A stretch of DNA of 64,000 bases, taken from the NCBI GenBank assembly GCA_964474435.1, contig CAYYSI010000001.1, positions 62,647-126,646 of the forward strand, written 5' to 3'. The notes under the pieces were generated by a model. That model saw only the letters and a program-made list of their open reading frames with translations. It had not been told where the DNA came from and searched no databases. The DNA is from an uncultured Candidatus Saccharibacteria bacterium. GTDB lineage: Bacteria > Patescibacteriota > Minisyncoccia > Phycocordibacterales > UBA9973. Below, piece by piece: positions 19,371-29,462 of this stretch. Every line of letters begins with the position of its first letter. Position 1 is the first letter of the stretch. The translations under genes and the position numbers were made by a program.

Positions 19371-20152
19371 GCACCTACAGTATACATCACAAACTTCTCG
19401 ACAGTTGCGCCGTTTTCAGAGGCATACTGTGCGATTGTTTTTTCAGGAGCCTTGAAGAATGGCTGCTCATCGAGTGTCTGCTCTTTGAAGTATGCGGCGA
19501 TCTTGCCTTCCATGATTTTTGCTTTCATTTCTGCGGGCTTGTCGATTGCGTCCATTTCAGATTTCAATACGTCCATCACTTGCGCCTTGTCTGCATCATT
19601 GATTTCAGATGTGTGTACATACTTTGGTTTCATTGCCGCAGTGTGCATCGCAATATCCTTTGCAACTTCAGGAGTTCCTCCGCTGAGTACAACGACGGTC
19701 GCAGTCTTGCCAGTGTGGTGTGTGTATGCGCCAACCACAGCACCTGATACTTCGTTGATAGAACCAAGTTTGATGTTCTCTCCGATTTTCAATACAACAT
19801 CGTTGATGAGTGCAGGTGCTTGTTCGCGGGCTGCAGCTTCACCACTTTCCCAAGCGATATCTGCGAGTTTGTTTGCGAGGGTTACGAAGTCATCGTTCTT
19901 TGCGACGAAGTCAGTCTCACAGTTCATGGTGAGTGTGAGCGCGCGCTTGCCGTCAGTACGCACGATGACGAGGCCGTCTGATGCATTGCGGTCTGATTTC
20001 TTTTCAGCGATTTCAGAACCCTTTTTGCGAAGGATGATCATTGCCTTGTCCATGTCGCCGTCTGCTTCCTCGAGCGCTTTGCGACATTGCATGACAGAGA
20101 CACTGGTTGCATCTCGGAGCTGTTTTACTTGTTCGGTGGTGATTGTAGACAT
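19367..20152 (-). CDS. tsf: Elongation factor Ts
   Basis: VKQLRDATSVSVMQCRKAL, NCETDFVAKN. Confidence 0.95.
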   Translation of the reverse strand: MSTITTEQVKQLRDATSVSVMQCRKALEEADGDMDKAMIILRKKGSEIAEKKSDRNASDGLVIVRTDGKRALTLTMNCETDFVAKNDDFVTLANKLADIAWESGEAAAREQAPALINDVVLKIGENIKLGSINEVSGAVVGAYTHHTGKTATVVVLSGGTPEVAKDIAMHTAAMKPKYVHTSEINDADKAQVMDVLKSEMDAIDKPAEMKAKIMEGKIAAYFKEQTLDEQPFFKAPEKTIAQYASENGATVEKFVMYTVGA

Positions 20153-20169
20153 GGGTATTTTTACGTTTC

Positions 20170-20279
20170 GTCTCAACGGATTATTCCTCGAAAACCGCGC
20201 GTAATTTTCTGCTGAAAATTCGCTATGCTCGGGCCAGTCGCCCTTGCGCAATGCTTTTCTCGAAACAATCCGTTTCGAC
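20170..20279 (-). repeat. Branched palindromic element, copy A
   Basis: 25-bp imperfect outer arms; inner hairpins AATTTTC-tgct-GAAAATT and GGGC-cagtc-GCCC; core shared with 51560-51680 and 62767-62872. Confidence 0.8.
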
Positions 20280-20300
20280 TCACTGAATTAAATAATAATT

Positions 20301-20981
20301 TTACTTGTTTCCTTCGAAAGCGGCTTTTAGTATAGCAAGGATTTCAGTAATACTCGATGCTGAAGAATCATTTGCAATGATAGGGTAGGTGATACCGCGG
20401 ATAGAACAGTCAGTGTTGCCGATGGCGATCACTGGGATGTTCATCTTGCGAGCTTCGAGCACTGCAATGTGCTCTTTCTTGCTATCAACGACGATCACGA
20501 CGTCAGGCATTTTTGTCATACCAATAAGGCCAGAGAAGTATTTGTTGAGTCGTTCCATTTCACGGTTGAGGAGGAGTTGTTCCTTTTTGGTGTACTTTGC
20601 GTATTCACCTGAAACGCGTGACTCTTTCATGTCTTCGAGTTTCTGGATACGTCGCTTGATCTCGCCAAAGTTGGTGAGGATGCCGCCGATCCATCGTTCA
20701 GTCACATATGGCTGATGAAGGCTTGATGCAACATCAATGATTGCAGCGCGAGCTTCTGGCTTCACACCCACAAAGAGTGCAACCTTGCCAGCAGCACCGA
20801 GCTCTCCGAGGAATGTCGAAGCCGTCTCGAGCTGAGGCATGATTTTGTCGATATCGATAATGTCCGCACCATTTTTGCTCCCATAGAGGTATGGGGTAAC
20901 GGTAGGGTGGCGGCGAGTACGTGAGTACCCATAGTGTGCGCCGGCCTCCATGAGGCTAGCTGAGGTGATTTCTTTTTTCAT
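20301..20981 (-). CDS. rpsB: 30S ribosomal protein S2
   Basis: LMEAGAHYG, RWIGGILTNF; upstream of tsf. Confidence 0.95.
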   Translation of the reverse strand: MKKEITSASLMEAGAHYGYSRTRRHPTVTPYLYGSKNGADIIDIDKIMPQLETASTFLGELGAAGKVALFVGVKPEARAAIIDVASSLHQPYVTERWIGGILTNFGEIKRRIQKLEDMKESRVSGEYAKYTKKEQLLLNREMERLNKYFSGLIGMTKMPDVVIVVDSKKEHIAVLEARKMNIPVIAIGNTDCSIRGITYPIIANDSSASSITEILAILKAAFEGNK

Positions 20982-21140
20982 AACAATCTGTAGCAGGAAG
21001 GGAACTGAGCCCAACCTTATTTAACTGAATAATTTCATCGAGAAGATGAGCCAAAACAATAGCATTTAGAGAGGGATATTGCAAGAGGATATATTGACAT
21101 TTATATAATATATGTTAAATTCATTTTAAATTAAATAAAT

Positions 21141-21308
21141 ATGACTTATACAGCAAAAAAAGTTTTTGAAGTCGAAGAAGGTACGGTAGATGGAGGATGG
21201 CATAAAATTACTGTAAGACTTAATGGTAAATTTATTGAAGAATTTCTTAAGCCAACACAGAGAGAGGCAAGACAGGATTTTGAAGCTGCAGGCTATAAGA
21301 GAATTTGA
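21141..21308 (+). CDS. AT-rich small protein (55 aa, MTYTAKKVFEVEEG...; absent from ORF track)
   Basis: ATG-TGA frame between TTGACA promoter (21094) and terminator 21319-21350. Confidence 0.6.
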   Translation: MTYTAKKVFEVEEGTVDGGWHKITVRLNGKFIEEFLKPTQREARQDFEAAGYKRI

Positions 21309-21377
21309 AATAGAGGTTAAAAAGCAGGTGTCCTCCCACCTGCTTTTTTTATTACCCAAAATGTGCGATTATAGGGC

Positions 21378-22631
21378 ATGCGACAGAGTCAGCTATTTAC
21401 GAAAACACGCAAGGAAGCGCCTGCTGACGAGGTGTCTAAAAATGCCGAATTGCTCATTCGGGCAGGATACGTCTACAAGGTCATGGCTGGTGTCTATGTC
21501 TATACACCACTTGGACTGCGAGTACTAGAGAACATCAAGCGAATCGTTCGTGAAGAAATGAATGCGATTGGTGGACAAGAACTCATCATGAGCTCACTTC
21601 AAAAGAAAAGCACTTGGGAAGAAACAGGACGATGGGATGACAACGTGGTTGATATTTGGTTCAAGTCAAAACTCAAAGATGATACTGAGGTTGGATTTGG
21701 TTGGTCACACGAAGAAGCAATCATTGAATTGGTAAAACAATATTTATCAAGTTACAAAGATTTGCCGATCAATGTGTATCAATTCCAAACAAAAATGCGC
21801 AACGAGCTTCGTGCCAAAAGCGGGATTATGCGCGGACGAGAATTTGTCATGAAAGATATGTACTCATGTAGTATCGATGCAACACAACACGAGGACTTTT
21901 ATCAAGCGACGATCAAGGCATACGAGCGTGTCTACGATCGCATCGGAATTGGAGCTGATACCTATATGACATTTGCGTCAGGTGGAGCGTTTACAAAATT
22001 TAGCCATGAGTTCCAAACGATCTGTGATGCGGGCGAAGACGTTATTTATTTGCACCGAGGCAAAAATATTGCGATTAATGAAGAAGTATTGAATGAAGAA
22101 ACACTTACAGACCTTGGTATTACTCGTGACGAACTTGAACAAGTAAAAACTGCTGAAGTTGGAAATATCTTTAATTTTGGTACACAAAAAAGTGAAGAAA
22201 CTAATTTTACATTCACCAACGAAGCGGGTGAGAAACAACATGTACACCTTGGATCATACGGTATCGGTATTACTCGCGTCATGGGAGTCGTTGTAGAAAA
22301 GTTTGCCGATGACAAAGGCATCGTATGGCCAGCATCAATCGCGCCGTTTAAAGTCCATCTTTTAGTTTTGGGAACTGATACACAAACACACATCGCAGCT
22401 GAGGAAGTGTACGCGCAGCTTTTGGAGAAAAATATTGAAGTGTTATTTGATGACCGACAAGGTATTGCACCAGGAGAAAAATTTGCAGATGCAGACTTGC
22501 TCGGCATGCCAGTACGAGTTGTGGTCTCGGATCGAAGTTTGGAAAAAGGCGGTGTAGAAATCAAAGAACGCACGAGTAGCGACAGTCGAATCGTGAATAC
22601 TTCTGAACTTTTCGATGTGTTAAACGCTTAG
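21378..22631 (+). CDS. proS: Prolyl-tRNA synthetase, short form without INS editing domain
   Basis: MRQSQLF start, RGREFVMKDMYS, GSYGIGITR, C-terminal anticodon-binding domain. Confidence 0.93.
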   Translation: MRQSQLFTKTRKEAPADEVSKNAELLIRAGYVYKVMAGVYVYTPLGLRVLENIKRIVREEMNAIGGQELIMSSLQKKSTWEETGRWDDNVVDIWFKSKLKDDTEVGFGWSHEEAIIELVKQYLSSYKDLPINVYQFQTKMRNELRAKSGIMRGREFVMKDMYSCSIDATQHEDFYQATIKAYERVYDRIGIGADTYMTFASGGAFTKFSHEFQTICDAGEDVIYLHRGKNIAINEEVLNEETLTDLGITRDELEQVKTAEVGNIFNFGTQKSEETNFTFTNEAGEKQHVHLGSYGIGITRVMGVVVEKFADDKGIVWPASIAPFKVHLLVLGTDTQTHIAAEEVYAQLLEKNIEVLFDDRQGIAPGEKFADADLLGMPVRVVVSDRSLEKGGVEIKERTSSDSRIVNTSELFDVLNA

Positions 22632-22635
22632 GTCA

Positions 22636-23679
22636 ATGGTCAAATCTCTCTACCGCAGATTTTCAAATGACATCGGTATCGATCTCGGTACTGCCAACAC
22701 GCTTGTATACCTCAAGGGTCACGGGGTTATCATCAACGAGCCATCAATCGTCGCCGTGAACCAAAAGACCGGACAGATCGTCGCCGTTGGTCACGAAGCC
22801 AAAAAGATGTGGGGGAAAACTCCGACTCATATTTCTATAGTGCGTCCACTCATCGAAGGAGTCGTATCGGACTTTGATATGACGGAGGAAATGCTGGCGT
22901 ATTTTATTCGCAAAGCCGAGAAGCTTTCCAAAAAATTCTTCAGACCCCGAGTCGTGATCGGAGTGCCAAGTGGTATCACCAACGTCGAAATGCGCGCAGT
23001 GTATGATGCGGCGATTGATGCAGGTGCGCGCGAAGTATTCCTTGTGGAGGAAGCGATGGCTGCGGCGATCGGTGTGCGACTGCCAGTGCTTGAGCCCAAG
23101 GCGACGTTTATCGTCGACATTGGAGGAGGTACAACTGATATAGCACTCATTGCATTGGGAGGCGTTGTACGGTCCCTCAATCTGCGTATTGCCGGAGATC
23201 ATTTTAATGCGCGCGTGATTGAGTATTTGCGCGATGAATTCAAACTCCTCGTTGGTGAACCAACGGCAGAGTCCGTGAAGCTTGCGCTCGGGTCTGCGAT
23301 CGAGACCGAATATCAAGAAATCGAAGTACGCGGGCGTGATCTCGTCACAGGGCTCCCACGCGCACTCATGGTCACTGATGGAGATATACGCGAGGCGCTG
23401 ACACAGCCAGTTGGATTTTTGGTGTCTGGTATGCGCGAAGTGCTCGAGACTGCACCACCAGAAATGATGAGTGATGTATTGCAAAGTGGGATTATACTTA
23501 CAGGAGGTGGTGCATTGCTTCCAGGACTTGCGGCATTGCTTGAGATTGAGTTGTCACTTCCGATCAAGATTGCTGCAGATCCACTCTCGGCAGTTGCGCG
23601 CGGCACCGGCATCATATTAGAAAATTTTGAACAGTACGAAAGTGTGCTGTTGCCGCTTGATGAACATGTCATCCTTTAA
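22636..23679 (+). CDS. mreB: Rod-shape actin MreB
   Basis: IGIDLGTANT, DIGGGTT, LTGGGALL. Confidence 0.95.
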   Translation: MVKSLYRRFSNDIGIDLGTANTLVYLKGHGVIINEPSIVAVNQKTGQIVAVGHEAKKMWGKTPTHISIVRPLIEGVVSDFDMTEEMLAYFIRKAEKLSKKFFRPRVVIGVPSGITNVEMRAVYDAAIDAGAREVFLVEEAMAAAIGVRLPVLEPKATFIVDIGGGTTDIALIALGGVVRSLNLRIAGDHFNARVIEYLRDEFKLLVGEPTAESVKLALGSAIETEYQEIEVRGRDLVTGLPRALMVTDGDIREALTQPVGFLVSGMREVLETAPPEMMSDVLQSGIILTGGGALLPGLAALLEIELSLPIKIAADPLSAVARGTGIILENFEQYESVLLPLDEHVIL

Positions 23680-24421
23680 TCAAACAAAACGAAGACGAAA
23701 TGGATCACAAACTATAGTGCGTGTAGCTATGGTCGTAGTTGGTGTTGTTGTACTGTGGTTTGTGATACGTATTGTTGATAGCAACACGAGTACACATATC
23801 GCCCCTATCTCTGCGCCGACCGTCATCAACACGATGCTTCCGAAAAGTACATTGGTCAAAAAGATAAACGAACTCCAAACAACGCTCGAGAGTTATGATG
23901 CAGAACGCATTGCAAACAAAGCAACGCTTGATGAAAATGATAAACTCAAAGCCGAGCTCGGACGTACTCCGCGACCCACAGGAACACTCGCACATGTGCT
24001 CACACTCCCAAACCGCAGCTTTTATGGCACGTTCATTATCGATGCAGGCGAGGCACAGGGTGTGTATGTTGGACAGACGATTTATGCATTTGGGACGATT
24101 GCACTCGGGACAGTCACTGCCGTTGAAAACACTACTGCAACTGTGACACTCTTTAGTGCATCGGGACAGACGACGTCGGGGACTGCAGTAGGAAGTGATG
24201 TCGCAGTGACATTGCTCGGACGAGGTGGAGGAGAATACGAAGTGCGGTTGCCACGTGACGTGCATTTCGAAGTGGGCGGACTCATCACGTATCAGTCAGT
24301 CGACACCGCAGTCCTTGCAGAGATCGAACGCATTGCTACTGACCCACGTGATCCATTCCAAAAGTTATATGCAAAAGCACCGGTCAATCTCCAGGCGCTG
24401 AAATGGGTGATCGTGCGATAG
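23666..24421 (+). CDS. mreC: Rod-shape protein MreC
   Basis: TM, coiled coil ending ENDKLKAELG, beta domain; follows mreB. Confidence 0.85.
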   Translation: MSSFNQTKRRRNGSQTIVRVAMVVVGVVVLWFVIRIVDSNTSTHIAPISAPTVINTMLPKSTLVKKINELQTTLESYDAERIANKATLDENDKLKAELGRTPRPTGTLAHVLTLPNRSFYGTFIIDAGEAQGVYVGQTIYAFGTIALGTVTAVENTTATVTLFSASGQTTSGTAVGSDVAVTLLGRGGGEYEVRLPRDVHFEVGGLITYQSVDTAVLAEIERIATDPRDPFQKLYAKAPVNLQALKWVIVR

Positions 24422-24456
24422 ATTTTATAGAGGTTTTGATGGTAAAATAAGGGGCG

Positions 24457-27400
24457 ATGAAATTACTAAGAAAAGTAACAGCTTTTGTGATCCTTGCTGC
24501 GATCCTCATCTTTTCTCTTGCGCCCATTCTCAGGGTTGAGGCTATTACGAGTCTCCATCCGTTCATGGGGGCGGGACAATCTGACGGCGCAACACCGTAT
24601 GGCTCTTTGTTAGAAAGTAAAGATGTACTGTACGGTACAACCAAGGATGGTGGAGCAAATGATCTCGGAACGCTCTTTTCGTATAATCCAGATACTACTG
24701 ACTACCATCTACTCTATAGTTTCGATGGTACTACAGGGTCGCATCCTACAGGTTCTATTATTTTTAATGAGGGTGTGTTCTATGGCATGACGACGATGGG
24801 CGGGACCAATGATAAGGGAGTATTGTTTTCGTACGATGAGTTGGGAAACTATACAGTGCTTCTCGAATTTGGAATAACTGATGGTGCACATCCGCATGGG
24901 ACACCCTTCTTTCTCGATAATACGCTCTATGGCCTGACACGAGAAGGGGGAACGAACGACCTTGGTTCAATTTTTTCCTACAATCTCAATACTTCCGTCT
25001 ATACAAAAATCTTTAGTTTTGGTGACGTAGGGTCTGGGGTATATCCAGAAGGTGATTTATTGTTTGACCACACTGGTCATCTCTATGGTATGACGAGCGC
25101 AGGAGGGACGAATGGCAAGGGAACTTTATTTTCTCTCGAACTATTAGAGGGCGCTGTTACAAAGCTTATTGATTTTGGCGGAGGATCTGCTACTGGTGAA
25201 TACCCATACGGCTCGCTTATCATCAATGAGAATGGGCGATTACTCTACGGTATGACGAGTGCAGGGGGGACAAGCAACTACGGAACTATTTTTTCTGTTG
25301 ACCCCGACCATATCAACACCCTTCAGACACTTCATAGTTTTGATGGTGAGCATGGCAAATACCCATATGGATCTCTTTTTGTAGCAGATGATGGAAAGTA
25401 TTATGGTACGACCATGGCGGGCGGAACGAATGACCATGGAACGCTCTTTTCGTATGATATAAATGATCCATTTCAAATACCGTTTGAATTCATACAGTCA
25501 TTTGATCGCGTATCGCACGGCGCTGCACCTCGTGGATCTCTCATTCAAAAAGGAAAAAATGGAAGTAAAATTTTTTATGGACTTGCGAGCGATGGCGGAT
25601 CGCCCCCTGAACAAGAGAATGCTAGTTTTGGAACGATATTTTCCTTTCCTGTCCCAGACAAAGCTCCCGAGCCATTTTCATTCCCTCAGGTGACTGGTGC
25701 ACAACAAAACACAGAGATAACTTCGGAACAGATTACTATAACAGGGATCAATACGCCTTCTGCAATCGCTATAGATGGGTGCAATACAGTGTGTAGATAC
25801 AGTGGTGGTACTGATGGATATGCCAATGAAGGAGACACTCTCACTATCACTATAGTATCGGGGAATGGATGTGAGACTACCAAGGGTGCCAATTTGGTTG
25901 TTGGTTCAGTGAGTGCTCAGTTTCTTGTAACAACAGCATCGTGCAGCAGTGGGGGTGGACAGGATGTCACTCGCCCCCAAGTTTCTTTTTCGCTCCCAAA
26001 TACAGGGTCGTCACTTACGGTATCTCTCACATTTTCTGCAACAGACAACGTCGGTGTTACGGGATATAAACTAACTGAAACAAATACTGCGCCATCGGCA
26101 GGAGATAGCGGCTGGAGCGCAAGTGCTCCTACAGAGTACACCTTTTCTTCGTACGGCAGTCACACACTCTACGCTTGGGCAAAAGATGCCGCAGGTAATG
26201 TGTCAGCACAAAATTCTCAATCGATCACTCTCACAGAGCCTGCTCCTGCAGATCCAGCGCCGCAGGATCCTCCCGCTCAAAATCCTCCACGCAGTCACTC
26301 AAGCAATTCTGCAGTAGCCGGCATCGGAGCCCTCCTCACACAACCTATGGCGGAGCCTCGTCCAGAACCGGAGCCAGTGCCAGCACCCGAACCTGCTCCA
26401 GAACCAAAACCAGTCGAGCGTCCCAAAGTGACGACTCCTGCAGTCAGTATTGTCGTTCTTGATTCTCCAGTGAAGCAGTTGATCCGTGAAGAGTTCACAC
26501 CGCATCAGGTAGAGGTGATTGAAGTCAGTATCAAGGCAATCATTGCAACAGTGACAACGGTTGGCGCAATCCTTGTCTTGCTCTCAGTGTTGTTCCTCAA
26601 CCCACTTGCGCGCCCAGAATTTATTTTGATCCCGATCAGACTCTGGACACTGTTGCTCACCGCGCTCGGACTCCGCAAAAAGTCGACGCCGTGGGGAGTA
26701 GTATATGACTCTGTCACCAAGCAACCGATCGATCCGGTGCGTGTCTCGCTCGTAGATATGCAAGGTGCTGTGGTTGAGTCATCGATCACGGATGCATCTG
26801 GTCGATATGGATTTGCGGCGCCAGCGGGTATTTACAAGGTCGTCCTTTCCAAGACCAACTACCTCTTTCCATCCCACGTCATTGCACAAAATGATATGCG
26901 CGATGAATTCTATGACAAGCCATACTTTGGTGACTACTTGCCATACGATCCTGCGGCACCGATCATGAAGAATATTCCGATCGATCCACTCGACTTTGAT
27001 ACCGCAGCATTTGAACAAAAAAATGGCGATCTCTCGCTCCACTATTCCAAGCGCGAGCTCGTTGCTGATAGGATTTTCAATACATTGTTCCTCACGACAT
27101 TTTTGATTGTTGCAGTGAGTCTGATCATCTATCCAGAGATGTACAATGCGATTATCTTTGTGCTCTACATTGCCGCATTTATCATTCGTCGTCACACCAA
27201 GCGCCTCAAGCATATGGGTCGTATCTATGACCTATACGGCAAGCCACTTGCAAATGTCGTCATGAAGGTTTACTCCGCAGTCGACAATACACTCGTAAAG
27301 ACGACCAAGACTACCCGTGCTGGTCGCTACTATCTCCACGTACCAAAAGGGCTCTACCATATTCGCGTCGAACGCCAGACAACCGATGGCATGTATGTGC

Positions 27401-27474
27401 CGATCTATGATTCACCCGAGCTCCTCGTTCAACACGGCACCGTCAACAAAGTGTTCAACATTGCGTATTCGTAG
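24457..27474 (+). CDS. Large surface protein: 7 GloVer-type repeats, Ig-like domains, Pro-rich linker, TM helices and carboxypeptidase-regulatory-like domains
   Basis: Seven G-x-x-P-x-G...LYGxTxxGG...G(T/S/V)xFS repeats; PEPEPVPAPEPAPEP; WGVVYDSVTKQP...TDASGRYGF. Confidence 0.85.
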   Translation: MKLLRKVTAFVILAAILIFSLAPILRVEAITSLHPFMGAGQSDGATPYGSLLESKDVLYGTTKDGGANDLGTLFSYNPDTTDYHLLYSFDGTTGSHPTGSIIFNEGVFYGMTTMGGTNDKGVLFSYDELGNYTVLLEFGITDGAHPHGTPFFLDNTLYGLTREGGTNDLGSIFSYNLNTSVYTKIFSFGDVGSGVYPEGDLLFDHTGHLYGMTSAGGTNGKGTLFSLELLEGAVTKLIDFGGGSATGEYPYGSLIINENGRLLYGMTSAGGTSNYGTIFSVDPDHINTLQTLHSFDGEHGKYPYGSLFVADDGKYYGTTMAGGTNDHGTLFSYDINDPFQIPFEFIQSFDRVSHGAAPRGSLIQKGKNGSKIFYGLASDGGSPPEQENASFGTIFSFPVPDKAPEPFSFPQVTGAQQNTEITSEQITITGINTPSAIAIDGCNTVCRYSGGTDGYANEGDTLTITIVSGNGCETTKGANLVVGSVSAQFLVTTASCSSGGGQDVTRPQVSFSLPNTGSSLTVSLTFSATDNVGVTGYKLTETNTAPSAGDSGWSASAPTEYTFSSYGSHTLYAWAKDAAGNVSAQNSQSITLTEPAPADPAPQDPPAQNPPRSHSSNSAVAGIGALLTQPMAEPRPEPEPVPAPEPAPEPKPVERPKVTTPAVSIVVLDSPVKQLIREEFTPHQVEVIEVSIKAIIATVTTVGAILVLLSVLFLNPLARPEFILIPIRLWTLLLTALGLRKKSTPWGVVYDSVTKQPIDPVRVSLVDMQGAVVESSITDASGRYGFAAPAGIYKVVLSKTNYLFPSHVIAQNDMRDEFYDKPYFGDYLPYDPAAPIMKNIPIDPLDFDTAAFEQKNGDLSLHYSKRELVADRIFNTLFLTTFLIVAVSLIIYPEMYNAIIFVLYIAAFIIRRHTKRLKHMGRIYDLYGKPLANVVMKVYSAVDNTLVKTTKTTRAGRYYLHVPKGLYHIRVERQTTDGMYVPIYDSPELLVQHGTVNKVFNIAYS

Positions 27475-27494
27475 ATAGGTGATACAACTAAGGT

Positions 27495-28676
27495 GTGAAA
27501 TTTACTATTGAGAAAAAATTAGACGGCACACTCGCTCGCGCAGGTGAGATCGTGACTCCAAACGGTGTGATCAAAACACCGGCATTTGTCGTGGTTGGAA
27601 CCAAGGCTACCGTGAAGTCTTTGACCGCAGAACAGATCCGCAGCCTCAATGCGCAAGTTGTATTGGCAAATACCTATCACCTCTACTTGCAGCCGGGCAC
27701 AGATATCGTGGAGAAAGCTGGAGGGTTTGGGAAGTTTATGGATTGGCATGGGCCGACGATGACTGATAGTGGAGGATTTCAGGCATTCTCACTTGGTGCG
27801 GCATTTGGTAACAATGTTTCCAAAGTTGCGACCGGTAAAGAAGTGTCTGACATTTCTGCGACCAAAGGGCAGCTCGCGATTGTGACTGACGAAGGTGTGA
27901 CATTCAAGTCCCATCTCAATGGTGATAAGCATCTCTTTACTCCAGAGTCATCAATGCTCGCACAGTGGAAGATCGGTGCAGATATGATATTTGCATTTGA
28001 TGAATGCACGAGTCCGAGTGCGCCGTATGAATACCAACAAAAATCTCTCGCTCGTACCTATGAATGGGCGAAGCGCTCGCTCGATGCACACGAAGCATTG
28101 GACACAGAAAAGAAACAAGCACTTTTTGGGGTGATCCAAGGAGGGCGGTTTCAAGATTTGCGCGAGCAGGCTGCGCGAGACCTCGGTGCACTGCCGTTTG
28201 ATGGCTACGGCATCGGAGGGTCATTTACCAAAGAAGACATTGGTACTGCAGTCGGATGGGTGAATGCAATACTTCCAGAAAATAAACCTCGTCACTTGCT
28301 CGGCATCGGAGAACCAATCGATCTGTTTGAGGGAGTACTTGCGGGGTGTGATCTCTTTGACTGTGTGCTGCCGACACGCATTGGGCGACATGGGACACTC
28401 TTTACTCATGAGGGCAAGATGCACATCAAGAACGCGCAATATGTCGATGACTTTGGGCCACTTGAGGATGGTTGTACATGCTACACCTGTACACACCATA
28501 CTCGCGCATATATCGCGCATCTCTTCCGAGCAGACGAGATGACTGCAGGAACGCTTGCAAGTATTCATAACATTCACTTCCTCTTGCGATTGGTAGAAAA
28601 GATCAGAGAGAGTATTTTGAACGATACATTTTTTGAATATAAAAAGGAGTTTGTTGGGAGGTATTATAAAAAATAA
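27495..28676 (+). CDS. tgt: tRNA-guanine transglycosylase
   Basis: LANTYHL, TDSGGFQ, DEC, QGG, FDCVLPTR, CxCxxC...H Zn site; GTG start. Confidence 0.95.
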   Translation: MKFTIEKKLDGTLARAGEIVTPNGVIKTPAFVVVGTKATVKSLTAEQIRSLNAQVVLANTYHLYLQPGTDIVEKAGGFGKFMDWHGPTMTDSGGFQAFSLGAAFGNNVSKVATGKEVSDISATKGQLAIVTDEGVTFKSHLNGDKHLFTPESSMLAQWKIGADMIFAFDECTSPSAPYEYQQKSLARTYEWAKRSLDAHEALDTEKKQALFGVIQGGRFQDLREQAARDLGALPFDGYGIGGSFTKEDIGTAVGWVNAILPENKPRHLLGIGEPIDLFEGVLAGCDLFDCVLPTRIGRHGTLFTHEGKMHIKNAQYVDDFGPLEDGCTCYTCTHHTRAYIAHLFRADEMTAGTLASIHNIHFLLRLVEKIRESILNDTFFEYKKEFVGRYYKK

Positions 28677-29153
28677 AACTGCCTCATAAAATTGAGGCAG
28701 CTCGTCTGATTGTTCCAATTGGTGTTGATAGAAAAATATTTTAACCTTTCCTTTAGTTATTATTTTCCATTTTTTTGGCAAGTCACCTTTTTTAAATGAT
28801 GCATCCCACCACCCTTGAGGATTCTTTTCTACACAAATAACTCCCTGTAACGTAACAATAAAATTACACCCGTCTTCAATGAGGTCAAACTCATTTGAAT
28901 AATGGATCATTCTATTGAGCAATGCGAGACCATCATCCAATCTCATCACATTCATTTTTCGCTCAGGATCTGAAAGGGAATATTCCATGGTAAGAATCTT
29001 TCGATCGAGTTGCGCAATGCTATCAGTGAGAGCTTTGCGTTTGAGAGATAAGGAATGAAGATTTGGTTCCAGAACAATTACTTTGATGGGGTATTGCGCA
29101 CAAAGTGTGTAGTACCCAAGGATAGAAACAACACACATACATATTTTTTTCAT
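28677..29153 (-). CDS. AT-rich secreted hypothetical protein with no stop codon before its terminator (possible pseudogene)
   Basis: Promoter TTGACA(29192-29197)-16-TATAGT; signal peptide; frame runs through hairpin 28679-28700 into antisense tgt and stops only at 28221. Confidence 0.5.
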
Positions 29154-29217
29154 ACATTACTTTTTCAATACTATATATAAAAATATGTATTTGTCAAATA
29201 AGGTGAATTATAAAAAT

Positions 29218-29423
29218 AAAAATCCCCTGTTTAAGGGGATTTTACACTCAAGTCCGTTTTTATTTGCGGACAAGCTCCAAACTGTCGTACTTATCGTACT
29301 CACATGGCAAACCGGGAGATCGTTTGACCAAGGTAACTGTCAAATCATCACAAAGAACTTTTTCACTCGAATCCGTTAATCGACTCTTATTTATACATTA
29401 GCATCTTATATCAAATCTGTCAA
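29218..29423 (-). ncRNA. Candidate multi-hairpin small RNA
   Basis: TTGACA-17-TAATGT, several short stems, terminator 29218-29243; no ATG-initiated ORF of useful length. Confidence 0.4.
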
Positions 29424-29462
29424 GTATCTCCAAAACCCTTATTTTTCCTATATAATCAATCT

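Noticed and set aside
21223-21528. 101 aa ORF-track call
   Set aside because: It crosses a terminator and overlaps proS; the 21141-21308 frame fits the promoter and terminator better
24570-25650. DNA-level tandem repeat or diversity-generating array
   Set aside because: The repetition is at protein level (propeller blades) and the nucleotide copies are highly diverged
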